64,000 bases of DNA from the IMG/VR virus record IMGVR_UViG_3300045125_000064, positions 1-64,000 of that record; one strand, 5' to 3'. Within the stretch, counting starts at the first letter, position 1, and every line of letters starts with the position of its first letter. Made by a program: the position numbers and the translations under genes. Of this stretch, positions 10,791 through 22,752 are shown piece after piece. Origin of the DNA: a virus. The notes beneath the pieces are model-generated. The model was given only the letters and a program-made list of their open reading frames with translations. It did no database searches and was not told the DNA's origin.

Positions 10791-12033
10791 GATACTAACC
10801 CTGTCGGATGATCCAAGGTTTTTATCTGGTGTTGCAATACAAACAAGATATTTTATTGAGGGACTTCTTAAAACAGGAAGATTCTCTTTTATTTGTCTTG
10901 GTGGGCTTATAAAACATCAAGACAAAAGACCAGTTATGATTGATGAATGGGGTGAGGACTGGAGAATCATTCCAGTTGATGGATTTGGAGATGCAAACCT
11001 TGTCCGTTCTGTTATAATGGCAGAGAAGCCAGATATGTTGTGGGTTATGACAGATCCAAGATATTGGGACTGGCTATGGAATGTCGAGAATGAAATTCGA
11101 CAGTTCTGCCCAATTGTGTATTATCATGTCTGGGACAATTATCCAGCACCAAAATATAACAAGAAGTGGTATGATTCAAATGATGTTATCGTTTCCATCT
11201 CTAAATTAACAGAAGATGTTGTTCAACAACTTGCAGACTCAAAAGTTGATCAATTTTATATTCCTCACACAGTTGATTCATCAAAGTTTTTCTTGCATCC
11301 AAACAGATTAACTTTGAGAAAAGAAATAATTGACAGAGCAAAACTTGAACAAGATTGTTTCTTGCTGTTCTACAACAGCAGAAATATCAGAAGAAAACAA
11401 ATTCAAACATTGTTTTGCTGGGTTGGAGAATATAATAAGAATCACCCAGAACAAAAGGTGAGACTATTGGCGAAAACAGATCCAAGAGATCCACATGGAT
11501 GTGACTTGGTTAAAATTGTTGAGGATTTTGAACTCAACGATCAGGTCAGAATAATTGGAGACAGACTCCCTCCAGATAAACTGAATGAACTTTACAATGT
11601 CGCAGATGCCACAGTATTGATTTCAGATGCAGAAGGCTTTGGTGTTGCTGTTCTTGAATCACTGTTTGCAGGAACTCCAGTTATAACAACAAAGACTGGT
11701 GGAATGGTTGACCAATATGAAGATGGTGTTCATGGCTATGCAATTGATGTTGATCATACAATTGTTGGTGCTCAAGAAACTCCATACATCTATGAGGACA
11801 GAACAACCTTTGAAAGATTTGAGAAGGCAATCAATGATTGTTTCTTAAGCAGACAAAACAATGTTTGGGGAACAAAAGAGCATAGAGAAATGTGTGCAAA
11901 TCATGCATTGACCAACTTTAACATGGAAAAATATGTGGAAGAATGGGTCAAAGTCATTGATTTCACATATGAAAAATATGGTTCTTGGGAAACAAGAAAA
12001 CACTATAAACAGTATCAACTCTTTGAGGTATAA
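10768..12033 (+). CDS. Glycosyltransferase family 4 (GT-B)
   Basis: Intact 421 aa; SRNIRRK; LNELYNVAD..ISDAEGFGVAVLESLFAGTPVITTKTGG (EX7E). Confidence 0.92.
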   Translation: MQEKKKIKILTLSDDPRFLSGVAIQTRYFIEGLLKTGRFSFICLGGLIKHQDKRPVMIDEWGEDWRIIPVDGFGDANLVRSVIMAEKPDMLWVMTDPRYWDWLWNVENEIRQFCPIVYYHVWDNYPAPKYNKKWYDSNDVIVSISKLTEDVVQQLADSKVDQFYIPHTVDSSKFFLHPNRLTLRKEIIDRAKLEQDCFLLFYNSRNIRRKQIQTLFCWVGEYNKNHPEQKVRLLAKTDPRDPHGCDLVKIVEDFELNDQVRIIGDRLPPDKLNELYNVADATVLISDAEGFGVAVLESLFAGTPVITTKTGGMVDQYEDGVHGYAIDVDHTIVGAQETPYIYEDRTTFERFEKAINDCFLSRQNNVWGTKEHREMCANHALTNFNMEKYVEEWVKVIDFTYEKYGSWETRKHYKQYQLFEV

Positions 12034-12034
12034 T

Positions 12035-12331
12035 ATGCAAAAGTTAAAAAATCCAAACATGACTGTTGATATTGAAGGCACATATTATGAACTTTATGAT
12101 GGATATGGTGTGAAGAATTATCATAAAACAATTGATGAAGCAGAATTTGCTGATGCAGTTATTGAAGGACTGAATTCAAATAATCTTATTCATGATGATA
12201 ATAATATCTTTAGAAAAGAGAAGGTTGAAGATAAACAATTCATGAACGACTTCACAATTATGTGGGATGATCAGAGATATAAAGAGATGGTCGATATGTT
12301 GAAGTCATTAAGACCAGGTTTGTGGAGATAA
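12035..12331 (+). CDS. Hypothetical protein
   Basis: GAGG SD and a short intact ORF between the two GT4 genes. Confidence 0.55.
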   Translation: MQKLKNPNMTVDIEGTYYELYDGYGVKNYHKTIDEAEFADAVIEGLNSNNLIHDDNNIFRKEKVEDKQFMNDFTIMWDDQRYKEMVDMLKSLRPGLWR

Positions 12332-12333
12332 GA

Positions 12334-14792
12334 ATGAAAAAGAAAATTGTGATTTTTGGACCAGTTCTAAGTGTTTCTGGTTATGGCTATCAGGCCAGAT
12401 TTGCTCTGGAAAGTTTAAGAAGAAAAGAAGATATATTCGACATATATGTTATAAACACACTCTGGGGAGCAAATGGATGGATTCCAGAACAAACTGAGGA
12501 AAGACAATATATTGACTCTCTTATTCTCAAGACAAACAAATATCTTTCCCAACCAAATCAAGGATTTGATATTTCTCTTCAGATAACCATTCCAACAGAG
12601 TTCAAAAAAATGTGTCCATTAAACATTGGATACACAGCAGCAATGGAAACAGATAAGGTTGCTCCAGAGTGGATTGTTAATTGCAATGAAATGGACAAGA
12701 TTATTGTTCCATCAGAACATTCAAAGAAAACCTTGACAGATTGCTCATATGTTGGAATCAATAATCAAACAGGACAACAAGTTGATGTGAGACTCAATGT
12801 TCCTGTTGAAGTTGTTTCCTTCCCATTCAAAAATGTTGATGGATGTGAAGAAGTTAAAGAACTTGAGGACATAAAAACTCCATTCAATTTCTTGACAGTT
12901 TCACAATGGGGACCAAGAAAGAACATTGAGAACACAATTGTTTGGTTCCTTCAAGAGTTCCAGAATAATCCAGATGTTGGCCTTGTTCTCAAAGTTCATG
13001 GAGCAAATCCAGCAATTCCAGACAGATATAACGTTCTTGAGAATATTCAAAGAATCAAGAAACATGCTTGTCCAAATTCAAAGGCAAAGATTTATCTTCT
13101 TCATGGATATATGACAGAGGGACAACTTAAAACTGTTTATTCGTCTGAAAAAATCAAAGCAATTGTTCAGATATCCCACGGGGAAGGGTTTTGCGGATTA
13201 GATTATACTCCAATTATTACGAAAAAAGGAACAAAAAGATTAGATTCAATGTTGGTAGGTGATGAAGTTCTAACTCACAAAGGTAGATTCAAAAAAGTAT
13301 CTAAACTTTTAAGAAGAAATTATACAGGAGAGATGTATAAAATAACTCCATATAATACTCAAAATGTTGAACCAATTATTTTAACTCCAAATCACAATGT
13401 CTATGTTTACAACAAAAAAGATGACAATTTTGTTTGGAAAAAGACAGAGGATCTAACTAAAAAAGATATTTTATGTATTCCAAGACCATCTTTTCTGATA
13501 ATCTAAAAGAAATCAATATATTTGATTATTTAACTAGATGAAATGTGGTTGTTGAGAATGATGTAATAAAATTTATACATTCAAACGGTACTGGAAAGGA
13601 AATCAAGAATACTCTTAAACTAGATAAGGAATTCGCAAAATTATTTGGATATTATCTGTCGGAAGGTTGTGCTAGTTCATCCGATATTATATTTTCTATC
13701 CACGAAAAAGAGATATCCACTCTTGGAGAAGAAATTATTGATTGTATGAATAAATGTTTTGGATTAAACCAATATAAGTTCCAAAAACAAAATAACAAAA
13801 AATGTATTAATTTAGTCTTTCAATCAACAATAGTGTCTGATTTTTACAGAACTTTAGTGGCAAGGGAGCAAAAAATAAATATCTTAACAAAATCTTGTTT
13901 AAGACAGACAATGAATTTAAAGAGAATTTAATAACATCATTATTGAATGGAGATGGGTACATAGGGGATAAAGCAACAAATCCTTCAATAGAAATTTCTT
14001 TATCAAATAAAAAATTGCTAAGAGATGTTAAATTGTGGTTGTTAGAACTTGGCGTTATTTCAAATTTTGATAATTTTGTGAGAACTGGAAAAATTAAAGT
14101 GAGAGAAGAAAAAGAGATAGAATACACAATGGATGTTGAAAGATTAAGAATAACTCAAAAAGATTCTTTTGATATTATAATAAATCTTCTAAACAAGAAT
14201 CATCAATTTAATAAATTTAATAATTCTAACAAAAAATCTTTTTCATCAAATGTAAAAACTGAATTAAACAACAATATGTATTTGATGAAAATAAAAAACA
14301 TAGAAAAACAAGACTTTTGCGGAGAAGTATTTAATATATCTGTTGAAGATGATGAATCATATTGTACAGAAAACTTTATGGTGCACAATTGCCTCCCACT
14401 TTTTAGAAGCCGTTGAGAACAACCTTCCAGTTATCACCATTGAATATGGTGGTCAACTTGATTTCTTGAAATATTCAGACAAGAAGGGAAAACAAAGAAA
14501 AGGTTTCATCAAGGTTGATCATGATATCAAAAATGTGCATCCAGAAGCTGTCTGGCAAGGTGTTATCAACCCAGATATGACCTGGGCATATGCCAAGGAA
14601 TCCTCCTTCAAAATGGCTCTGAGGGCTGTTTATAAGGATCCTGGAATGGCATTGTCGATGGCCAAAAAGGTCAGAGAAGATTTCTTGGCATCATCTGGTG
14701 ATCTTTATGAGAAATTTGCAAATTTAATATACAAGAGAGATTCTAAATTTGCAGAATGGCTAGAGTCTATTAAAGCAGAAGAATGTCTATGA
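12334..14792 (+). CDS. Glycosyltransferase family 4 interrupted by an intein (frameshifted)
   Basis: GPVLSVSGYG, WGPRKNIE, SHGEGF|intein|CLPLFEAVENNLPVITIEYGGQLDF. Confidence 0.9.
13192..14389 (+). mobile_element. Intein with LAGLIDADG homing endonuclease (~400 aa)
   Basis: Starts C-GLDYTPIIT; block B LTPNHNV; LAGLIDADG motifs FGYYLSEG and SLLNGDG; ends VFNISVEDDESYCTENFMVHN followed by Cys+1. Confidence 0.93.
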
Positions 14793-15632
14793 TAATATTT
14801 ATTGCAGATCATCCATATCAAGAAAAAATGGTGGAGCAGAATACTGCGATTCTATTATTTTAGATTATTTAAAAAATAAAAATATAGAATGTTGTTTTGT
14901 TTCTTGTAATGAATTTAATAATAATTTAATCAATGCAGAAAAATATATTATTAGTAATTTTTACTTCTTATCACAAGAAGCTAAAAACTTTTTATCAAGT
15001 AAAGATTATATAATAATTGAACATGATTATAAATTTATTCAATCAAGAAATCCAATTTTATATTATAATTTTGTTGTAGATTCAAAAAAGTTAATAAACA
15101 TTGAATTTTATTACAAAGCAAAAATAGTATTTGCACAATCTTCTTTACACGAAAAAATATTAAAAGATAATTTGCCACTTGCTAATATTATTTCATTTAA
15201 AGGTTCATTCTTTTCTGATGATATTCTAAATTTTTTAGATACTTTAAAAAATAATAGTAAAAATAATAAATTTTGTATCGTTTATTCAAATAATCCTATA
15301 AAGGGCGTAAATGAATCAATTAGTTATTGTGTCGAACACAAAATTCAATATGATATATTAGAAGAAAAAATTATTATTCTTTTTTGGAAAAATTATCTCA
15401 TTATTATGGATTGGTATTTTTTCCACAATCTCCTGAGACATTTTCTAAATTATTGGCAGAAGCAAAATTCTTAATTTAAAAATTATAACAAATAAATTGT
15501 CTGGATTCATTTATGACTTTAAGAGTGTAACAATCTTTCCTATTCTTTGAAAGATTGTAGAGAAAAATAATTTGACTCTTTTATTGGAAGGGCTTTACAA
15601 AGAAAAACATAATTAAAATGGTAAACGATAAA
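14789..15632 (+). CDS. Glycosyltransferase-like protein (frameshifted)
   Basis: MIIFIADH..GGAEYCD N-terminus; IEHDYKF; FFPQSPETFSKLLAEAK-like C-terminal motif; lies within the GT cluster. Confidence 0.55.
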
Positions 15633-16461
15633 ATGAAAATAAGTTATATAATACCACACAATAACAGAGAAGAACTATTAGAATATAATTTAGTATCATT
15701 AACTAAACAAATATATAAAAATTTTGAAATTATAATAATTGATAATTCTATAAACAATAATAAAATAAAAGATTTATACAACAAGTATTCAAAAATACTT
15801 GATATTAAACTAATTTTTGTTGATCCCAAGAAACATCCTTATTATCACAATAGAGAACTTGAGTTTGTAAATCCTGCACTTCAACAAAATGTAGGTGTAA
15901 AAATAGTTCTGGTGATATAATTGTATTAACATCACCAGAAATAATTAATGCGAGAGAAAATACTTTATATATAAATGATTTATTTACAAAAGGTGTAGAT
16001 ATAGAAAAATTTATTTATGGATGGGTTGATGAATGTCCATATAATAATATAATTGAATCTTTTTAAAAGAGGATAATCTAAACTCCACTAATATAATAAA
16101 ATTATTTCCCACCCCATCAGAAGGCGCAAGATGCAGAGAAGAAACTTTTAGACCAGCAAATTATTTTTTGGGATGTATAAAAAGAGATTTTTTCATAAAG
16201 ATAGGTGGAATAGAAGAAAAATTTATGGCAGGAATGTGTTATGAAGACGATGAATTCTCAGAAAGAGTTATAAGAAATAATTGTGAAATTTTCTTATCAA
16301 GAAGAATAGCTGGAATACATCTAACACATCCGAGAGAATATCAAACAAAAATATATGAATTAATGAACAACAATTTTTTTATTTACAAAACAGAACATAA
16401 CTTAGTTGCAAATAATAATTTAGAGTGGGGAGATCAAAAAATATGTTGGACAATAAATTAA
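15633..16461 (+). CDS. Glycosyltransferase family 2 (frameshifted)
   Basis: MKISYIIPHNNR..L.SL.KQIYKNFEIIIID; QQNVGVK; IGGIEEKF..GMCYEDDEFSER; IHLTH. Confidence 0.85.
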
Positions 16462-17410
16462 AAATATTGGTTACTGGATGTCTGGGAGTTATTGGTTCCA
16501 AAGTATCAGAGATATTTCGACAAAAAGGACACATCGTATTTGGATGTGACTTGATGCACACAAATGAGAACTATGCTCATGGACTTGGAAAATTAGAAAA
16601 TGAAAATTATTTTAGAGCCGATATATCTGAATATCGACAAATAGAATATGTGATTGACTATTTTAAGCCTGATTTTGTAATACAATTGCGCAGCAGAGTT
16701 TGGTAGATGGAATGGTGAATATTTTTATGAAAAAGTTTGGAAAAGTAATGCTATTGGTTTGAAAAATATATTAAAACTTCAAAACAAATATAAGTTCAAA
16801 TTAGTGCACTGTTCTTCTTCTGAAGTATATTGGTGATTACCAAAGATATAATGTACGAAGATGTGATTAGTACAAATCCAATAAATCAATTAAACGATTA
16901 TGCGCTATCTAAGAGAGTAAATGAACGTACAAATTGCCAATGAAAGAATATTAAATGGCAATCAGGTTGTTATAGTAAGATTCTTTAATACATATGGACC
17001 AGGAGAGTGGTATCACCCATTCAGAAGTGTTAATTGTACATTTGTATATAATCTACTCCACGACAAAAGTCATTGTGTATCCAGAACATACAAGAACAAG
17101 CACATATATTTATGATGCAGTCAACACTTTCAGTAATATTGCTGAAAATTTTAAAGATGGAGAAATATATAATATTTCAAGTTCTTATAGACACACTATT
17201 CAAGAATTAATTGATTTATGTTTGAAATATACTAGCAAATCAGATAAATTAGTAGAATATCGAGATACTTACGAAATATTAACAACAAAGCATAAAATAG
17301 TAGATAATAGTAAATCTAGACTTGATTTAGAACATATAGATACTACATCGCTAGATCAAGGAGTTAAAAATACTGTAGAATGGATGAAACAATATTATAA
17401 AATAAATTAA
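16443..17410 (+). CDS. NAD-dependent NDP-sugar epimerase/dehydratase (extended SDR), frameshifted
   Basis: ILVTGCLGVIG (GxxGxxG), SSSEVY, NDYALSK (YxxxK), VRFFNTYGPGE, YNISS, SLDQGVKNTVEW. Confidence 0.88.
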
Positions 17411-17419
17411 GGAAGAAAA

Positions 17420-17921
17420 ATGAATTATGATAGATATGCTACACATTTAGATATTTTTTAAATGCAATATATGATTATAAAAATATTACCAGTGTAATAG
17501 AGTTTGGTATGGGTACATATAGCACTGAATTATTTTTAAAAAGAACATCTGGAAATGTTGAGTCTATAGAAATGGATACAGAAGAATGGTACAAAAAAAT
17601 AGTAGAAAATTTCAAGAGTTATGATAACTGGAATCCTATTTTACTTGTTGGAAAAGATGAATATTTAAAACATTCTTTTTAAAAAAATATGATTTAGCTT
17701 TTAGTGATGGGCACCCAATGTCTAGAGCTGAATGTGTGAATTTTATTAGTAATTATTGCGATATCATTGTAGCACATGATACAGAAGTTGAATCAAATAA
17801 TTATAAAATAGTTAAACTTCCAAATTATTATACATTTGAGGATACAAGAAGAGACCCTTATACAAAAGTGTGGTCAAAAGATCTAATGTTAATTAAATAT
17901 TTAGAGGAAAAGATAAAATAA
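17420..17921 (+). CDS. Class I SAM-methyltransferase-like protein (frameshifted)
   Basis: VIEFGMGTYST, SIEMD..W, DLAFSDG..SRAEC, IIVAHDTE. Confidence 0.6.
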
Positions 17922-17922
17922 T

Positions 17923-18280
17923 ATGACACAGCAACAAGAAACAATACCAGCACAAAGTCTAAAAGACTTCATAAACGAATACTCCCAAGGATATTACTCT
18001 GTCTTCAATAGAGAAGAGATTAATATGTCTATATACAAACCAGAGAATCTGAGAGTTCAATTCGAGGAATACAAAAAACATCCAAAATTTGTTAACACCG
18101 ATTACGTTCCAGTGCTATACTTGTCTGGTATGAAGGTTCTGGAAAATGTTCCAGAACAAGAGACAATGATGGAACAACTGACACTGAAAAGTCCTTCAAT
18201 TTAAAGGTAAAATTCTTCAACAAAAACACAGAACAAGAAATGTTGAATATAAAAGCGGTTTTTTCAATTTAAGGAGATAG
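17923..18280 (+). CDS. Hypothetical protein
   Basis: ORF 17923..18204 extends by frameshift; GAGG SD. Confidence 0.45.
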
Positions 18281-18288
18281 TTATTAAT

Positions 18289-18593
18289 ATGGAAGAGTTA
18301 AACAATATGGAAGAAGAACAAGTTAAACAAACAATGCAGTTGCATCCACAATTCATTGGTTCACTTAATGATGGCAATGCAATATGCAATGTTGTCTCAG
18401 ATGTTTGATAAACCAGAAGATCAGATCGATCTTTCTGAAGTGTTGCAAGGGTGGCATTGTTTTGTTGATGAACCAACAGGATTACTGGATGGTTGCAAAT
18501 CCTCCAACAGTCTCTTGGGAAGAGGCAAATGCGGACAGATTGAATGAACTCTTCCCAGATGAAGAGGAAGCAGAAGATGGTGCAAAGCAATAA
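18289..18593 (+). CDS. Hypothetical protein (frameshifted)
   Basis: GGAG SD; overlapping ORF fragments 18356..18547 and 18384..18593. Confidence 0.45.
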
Positions 18594-18771
18594 TCTTAAA
18601 GAAGACATTGACATATCAGAAATATCAAATGAGGAAGCATTTCAAATTCTTCATGGAATGGTATAAAAAATATGGTCAATCAAAACTGTTCCAAAGAATG
18701 CTTCAAGAAGCTGTTTCTTGTGAGTCAAGTTATTCAATAAGAAAGAAAACAATATTTCTAAGAAGATTAAG

Positions 18772-19026
18772 ATGCCATTTATGATTATAAATGTTATCAA
18801 TGTAATCAAGTGTGGACAGAAAATCATCCTGTGAGTTCCAAGATTGAGAAATGCAAATTTTGCGACTCACAGGATGTTAGAAAGTTTTTATGAATTCAAA
18901 AGCAGCAACAATTCAAGAGAACGATCCGAAGCTTGAGCAAAGAGTTTATAAATGGATGGAGTCTCAAAGGAAGAACTTAAGAGAATGAAAGATGAGCTTA
19001 AGCAAAGACTCATATGAGGGTTATAA
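18772..19026 (+). CDS. FmdB-family zinc-ribbon protein
   Basis: Across one indel: MPFYDYKCYQCNQVWTENH....IEKCKFCDSQDVRK. Confidence 0.7.
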
Positions 19027-19417
19027 TAAATGATTTCTACTGTTATTATTGTGCTTGCTTGTGTGTTTTCTTTTTTGTTCTTGCTGGTTCTCTTTTCTTT
19101 AATTGGATTCTTGTCAAAAAAACTTTGAACTAACAAAGAGAATTGAGGATGACTCAGAATCAATCTTGAGAGGCTTGACAATCATTGATAAACTAAAATC
19201 AAACTTGTCAATTTATCTTGATCATATTGGAGAAGTGTTTGAGAGAGAACTTATATCATGCAGATGAAACAATAAAGAATCTTCTGAGACACACAAACAA
19301 CGTTGTGGTTGATGTGGAAGCATTTATCAACACTTTGAATTGGAATTTGAAATTGACGATCAAGAAGCACAAGATCCAGATGTAGAAGAGGATCAAAGAA
19401 AAAGAGGCTAAAATAAA

Positions 19418-20110
19418 GTGGCTAAAGAATATTATTTTACACAGTTCCATGAAGATTCAGTTTTAAAGTATATAAATCCAGAGACAAACAAGAGAGAAAA
19501 AGATAAGATCTTTGAGCAAACTCTTCTTCCAGTCTTTGTTGAAATGATTGATAAAATTGTATATACATTTAAGTTTGCAACACTTCCAAATATTGACCAA
19601 CTAAAGCAAGAATGGCTTGGTTTATCTTACAACCATTCTATGTAACTTCAAAAGAGAGAATGGTGCAGCGTTTGCATACTTCTCAGTTGTTATCAAAAAC
19701 TACTTCATTGCCGCAACCAAGAAACAAGCAAAAAGATTGAAGCATGAAATATCTTATGAAGAAATCATGGAAGGAGAAAACTCTTCAGATCTTGATTCAA
19801 CAATTGATGAAACCAATGAATTATATGAAGAAACAAGAGATAGAGATGAATTCTGGAATTTCTTATTATATAAAGTTGATAGCTGGGATGATCTTAAGCT
19901 AAGAAAGCAAAAAAAGTTCTTGTAGACAATTCGTTATCTTCTTCAAAATTATGAAAAATATGATCCTTCACAACAAGAGAGCGATATATTTATATGCACA
20001 TAAGAAATGCTCTAACAGAGTTACTCACAAACAAGTTGTATCTCTGCTCTGAATATACTTCGAAGAAAATATAAGGAAATGATTGGAAGAATGGACCGAT
20101 GAGAAGAATA
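19418..20110 (+). CDS. Late-transcription sigma factor, T4 gp55-like (frameshifted)
   Basis: YYFTQ..., MIDKIVYTFKF, DQLKQE.LVYL...L.NF...GAAFAYFSVVIKNYFI (gp55-type AFAYF motif); directly precedes the structural module. Confidence 0.65.
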
Positions 20111-21899
20111 TCATCGCTAGATGCTGAAGAAGATGATCGTTGAACAAGATGACTTAAAGATTCTTGCATGTCAGAGAATACTGAAGAAAGATAGAAGAAC
20201 TTGCAAAAGAACTAATAGATGAATTAAGAAAGAAATTAAAAGTACATAGAACATCTCACGCAGATTCTGGCGGTACTTTGGCCATATATGTGTGAGACTC
20301 TTCAAAGAAGCAATGAACAGTTGGATTAAGCTTTGCTTCAATGAACAAAAGAAGGTCGTAAGAAGACAAAAACCTCTCCAGATGGATACGGCAGTATTTT
20401 ACCGGAAGAGACTGAAAAAATGAAAAGTCGAAACTTCCAAACAAATGTCATGACCAAAACCTAAACCGATTACAAATTAATGATAGAAGACCACCTAGAT
20501 ATTTCCACCATTCGGACAATATCATTCACTGGATTTTCTTGTTATATAATGATCAAAAATCAACTTCTTGCCGATTAAGTTCGAGGAGCCAACTCGAATT
20601 TTTATGCAATTGTTAGAGAGATTATAACAATTGATAACTCCAGAAAAACAATAGACAACTTCTTATATAGTTCTGTCGATGAAGCAAATAGAATTGGAAT
20701 AAAGAACAACAAGAGAACAGCAACTCTGTTGTGTGAAATTCCTGGTCTTTCATAAACTTCAACTATAACAATATAACCAATAAGAACAACAGCAAACCTC
20801 AAATATGGACTTGAGAGAGTATTATTTGAGGGAGAAAACGCACATATCCAGCAATAAATGAAATAATTGTTCTAACATTTAAGAACAACAAACTCACTCA
20901 GAACCAAAATTTCTTCAAAAGAACAAATCTTCAAGCGCAGAAACCAGAAGAAATAAAAGAATCAATCAAAAATACTTTGATTATCTGGATAGAGTGTAAG
21001 CACTTGCATCATTTGAAAAACAGAACAAATCAATAGCGAACAACAATGTTGTTAAAAGTTGTCCCATATAACAGGAAGCTCGAGACCGCTCAAGATAAAA
21101 GAAGGAACTCCAGAAAAAGCAACCTTTCCAGCCAAGCAAGAGGCAAAGTTTAATGATAACTCTGATTGTGCCAAAATTGAAAAAGAGTTATTCTCTTTGT
21201 ATCCAAGAAATATCATCTTTGACAACACTGCTCCATCTTATTCAATATCAAAATTTGCTAAATATTATCAAGGAGTTAGCTTCTGAAGAAGCTTATAAAA
21301 GATGTTGCAAATATTAACCAAGAACTTTTTGGCTTTCTATCGTGAGCTTACTTGTTTCAATTCATTTCATCATAATGCGCGACCGAATCGAGAAAATCGT
21401 GTTTTATGATATGTAAGAAGATATGTTGCTGATGTTGCAGATGATGACTCTGAATAGCGGACCCCAAAATGTGATTTGCCTTTCAGTACGAGTTCTATAC
21501 TTGTCTACTTAGAAGTGGATGACAAATGGTTGTACATTTGTGCTCCCTACCCGAGATATTCTAGCTACTATGTGCTTAAAACCGATGGAACACAGCAAAA
21601 TATGCGGATGAAGGGGTTGCATGAGATTCGCGCGATGATGGAACCAATTAAAATCATACAACTACTTCATTCATGATAATTAATGATTGAGCACTACAGG
21701 GAAAAGGTTCACAAAAGACTTGCCGAGATGGACAACTTGAGCCACTTATCAAACAGGGACAAAATGGTTGATAAAACGATCAAATCTTTATGTGTGCAAA
21801 TAAGTACAGAGCCAATGATACGCTGCCTGCTCTGCGTTGGAGAGATACTTACATGACCAGATTTTGACCTTAAGTCATCTTGCCGCCGAAGAACGGAAG

Positions 21900-22749
21900 A
21901 CGAGAACAGTTTTTAAGCTCTAAAGATGTCGCAAAGATTCCGCAGTTGGACCAAACCAAGGAATAACTTCTAAGGTTGTTTGGAAAGAGGCTTCAGAACA
22001 TTATATGAAGGACCAGACTCAACAGCAATTGTTCTGGATAGAGATCCATATTATGGACAAGAACTTGGTGGAAATTTGTCAGGAAGAATCTTCCTTTCAT
22101 CAAATGTGTTTGGAGCAATAAAAACTCCAGATTCTCAAATAAAGAATCCAAGCAGAGTATTTGACTCATCGTTTGTGGAAATATCAGCAAGACAAAATCC
22201 ATCCAGTGATTATTCTCTTGTTCCACCAGGCAAAGAATATAAGGCAATCTCTTGCATAACAGCTAAGGCAGACACAGTTCAAATTATTGCAAGAGAGGCA
22301 GGAATTAATTTATATGCTGGTGGGGTTTCGCAATATAACTCAAAAAATGAAAGAATTGACACTTCACTTGGAGTTAACTTAATCTATGGAAATAACATCA
22401 AAGACAAGCATTATACATTAGAGCCAATTCCAAAAAGGCTATTTGTTATTGGAATTCTTGAAAGAATTTGTTGAGAAAGTATCTGAGTTATCTTCAACAG
22501 TTGCCAAGATGCATAATGAAATGTTGCAAATGAAAGCAAGTATTGCGACTCATTCACACACAGTCGCACAAGCTGTCGCGTTACCAAGTATTGATTTTGC
22601 GACTTATACAATGTTATCAACAGCAAAGGATTTGCAAACTCTGACAAATAATCTTGCTCAAAACTAACAATTTACCAGCATTAAAACAAAACTATTTATC
22701 AGCATCAGCAGATCAATACATTCTCAGTAGATGGCATAAGGTAAATTAA
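21900..22749 (+). CDS. Baseplate central spike-like protein (start in a noisy region)
   Basis: Beta-strand-rich N-part, EPIPKG..L, ATHSHT (HxH tip motif), C-terminal YILSRWHKVN; located upstream of gp25/gp6. Confidence 0.5.
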
Positions 22750-22752
22750 TAA

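Noticed and set aside
20577-20604. Hairpin TTCGAG/CTCGAA followed by a T-run (terminator-like)
   Set aside because: The stem is short and probably within coding sequence in a low-quality region.
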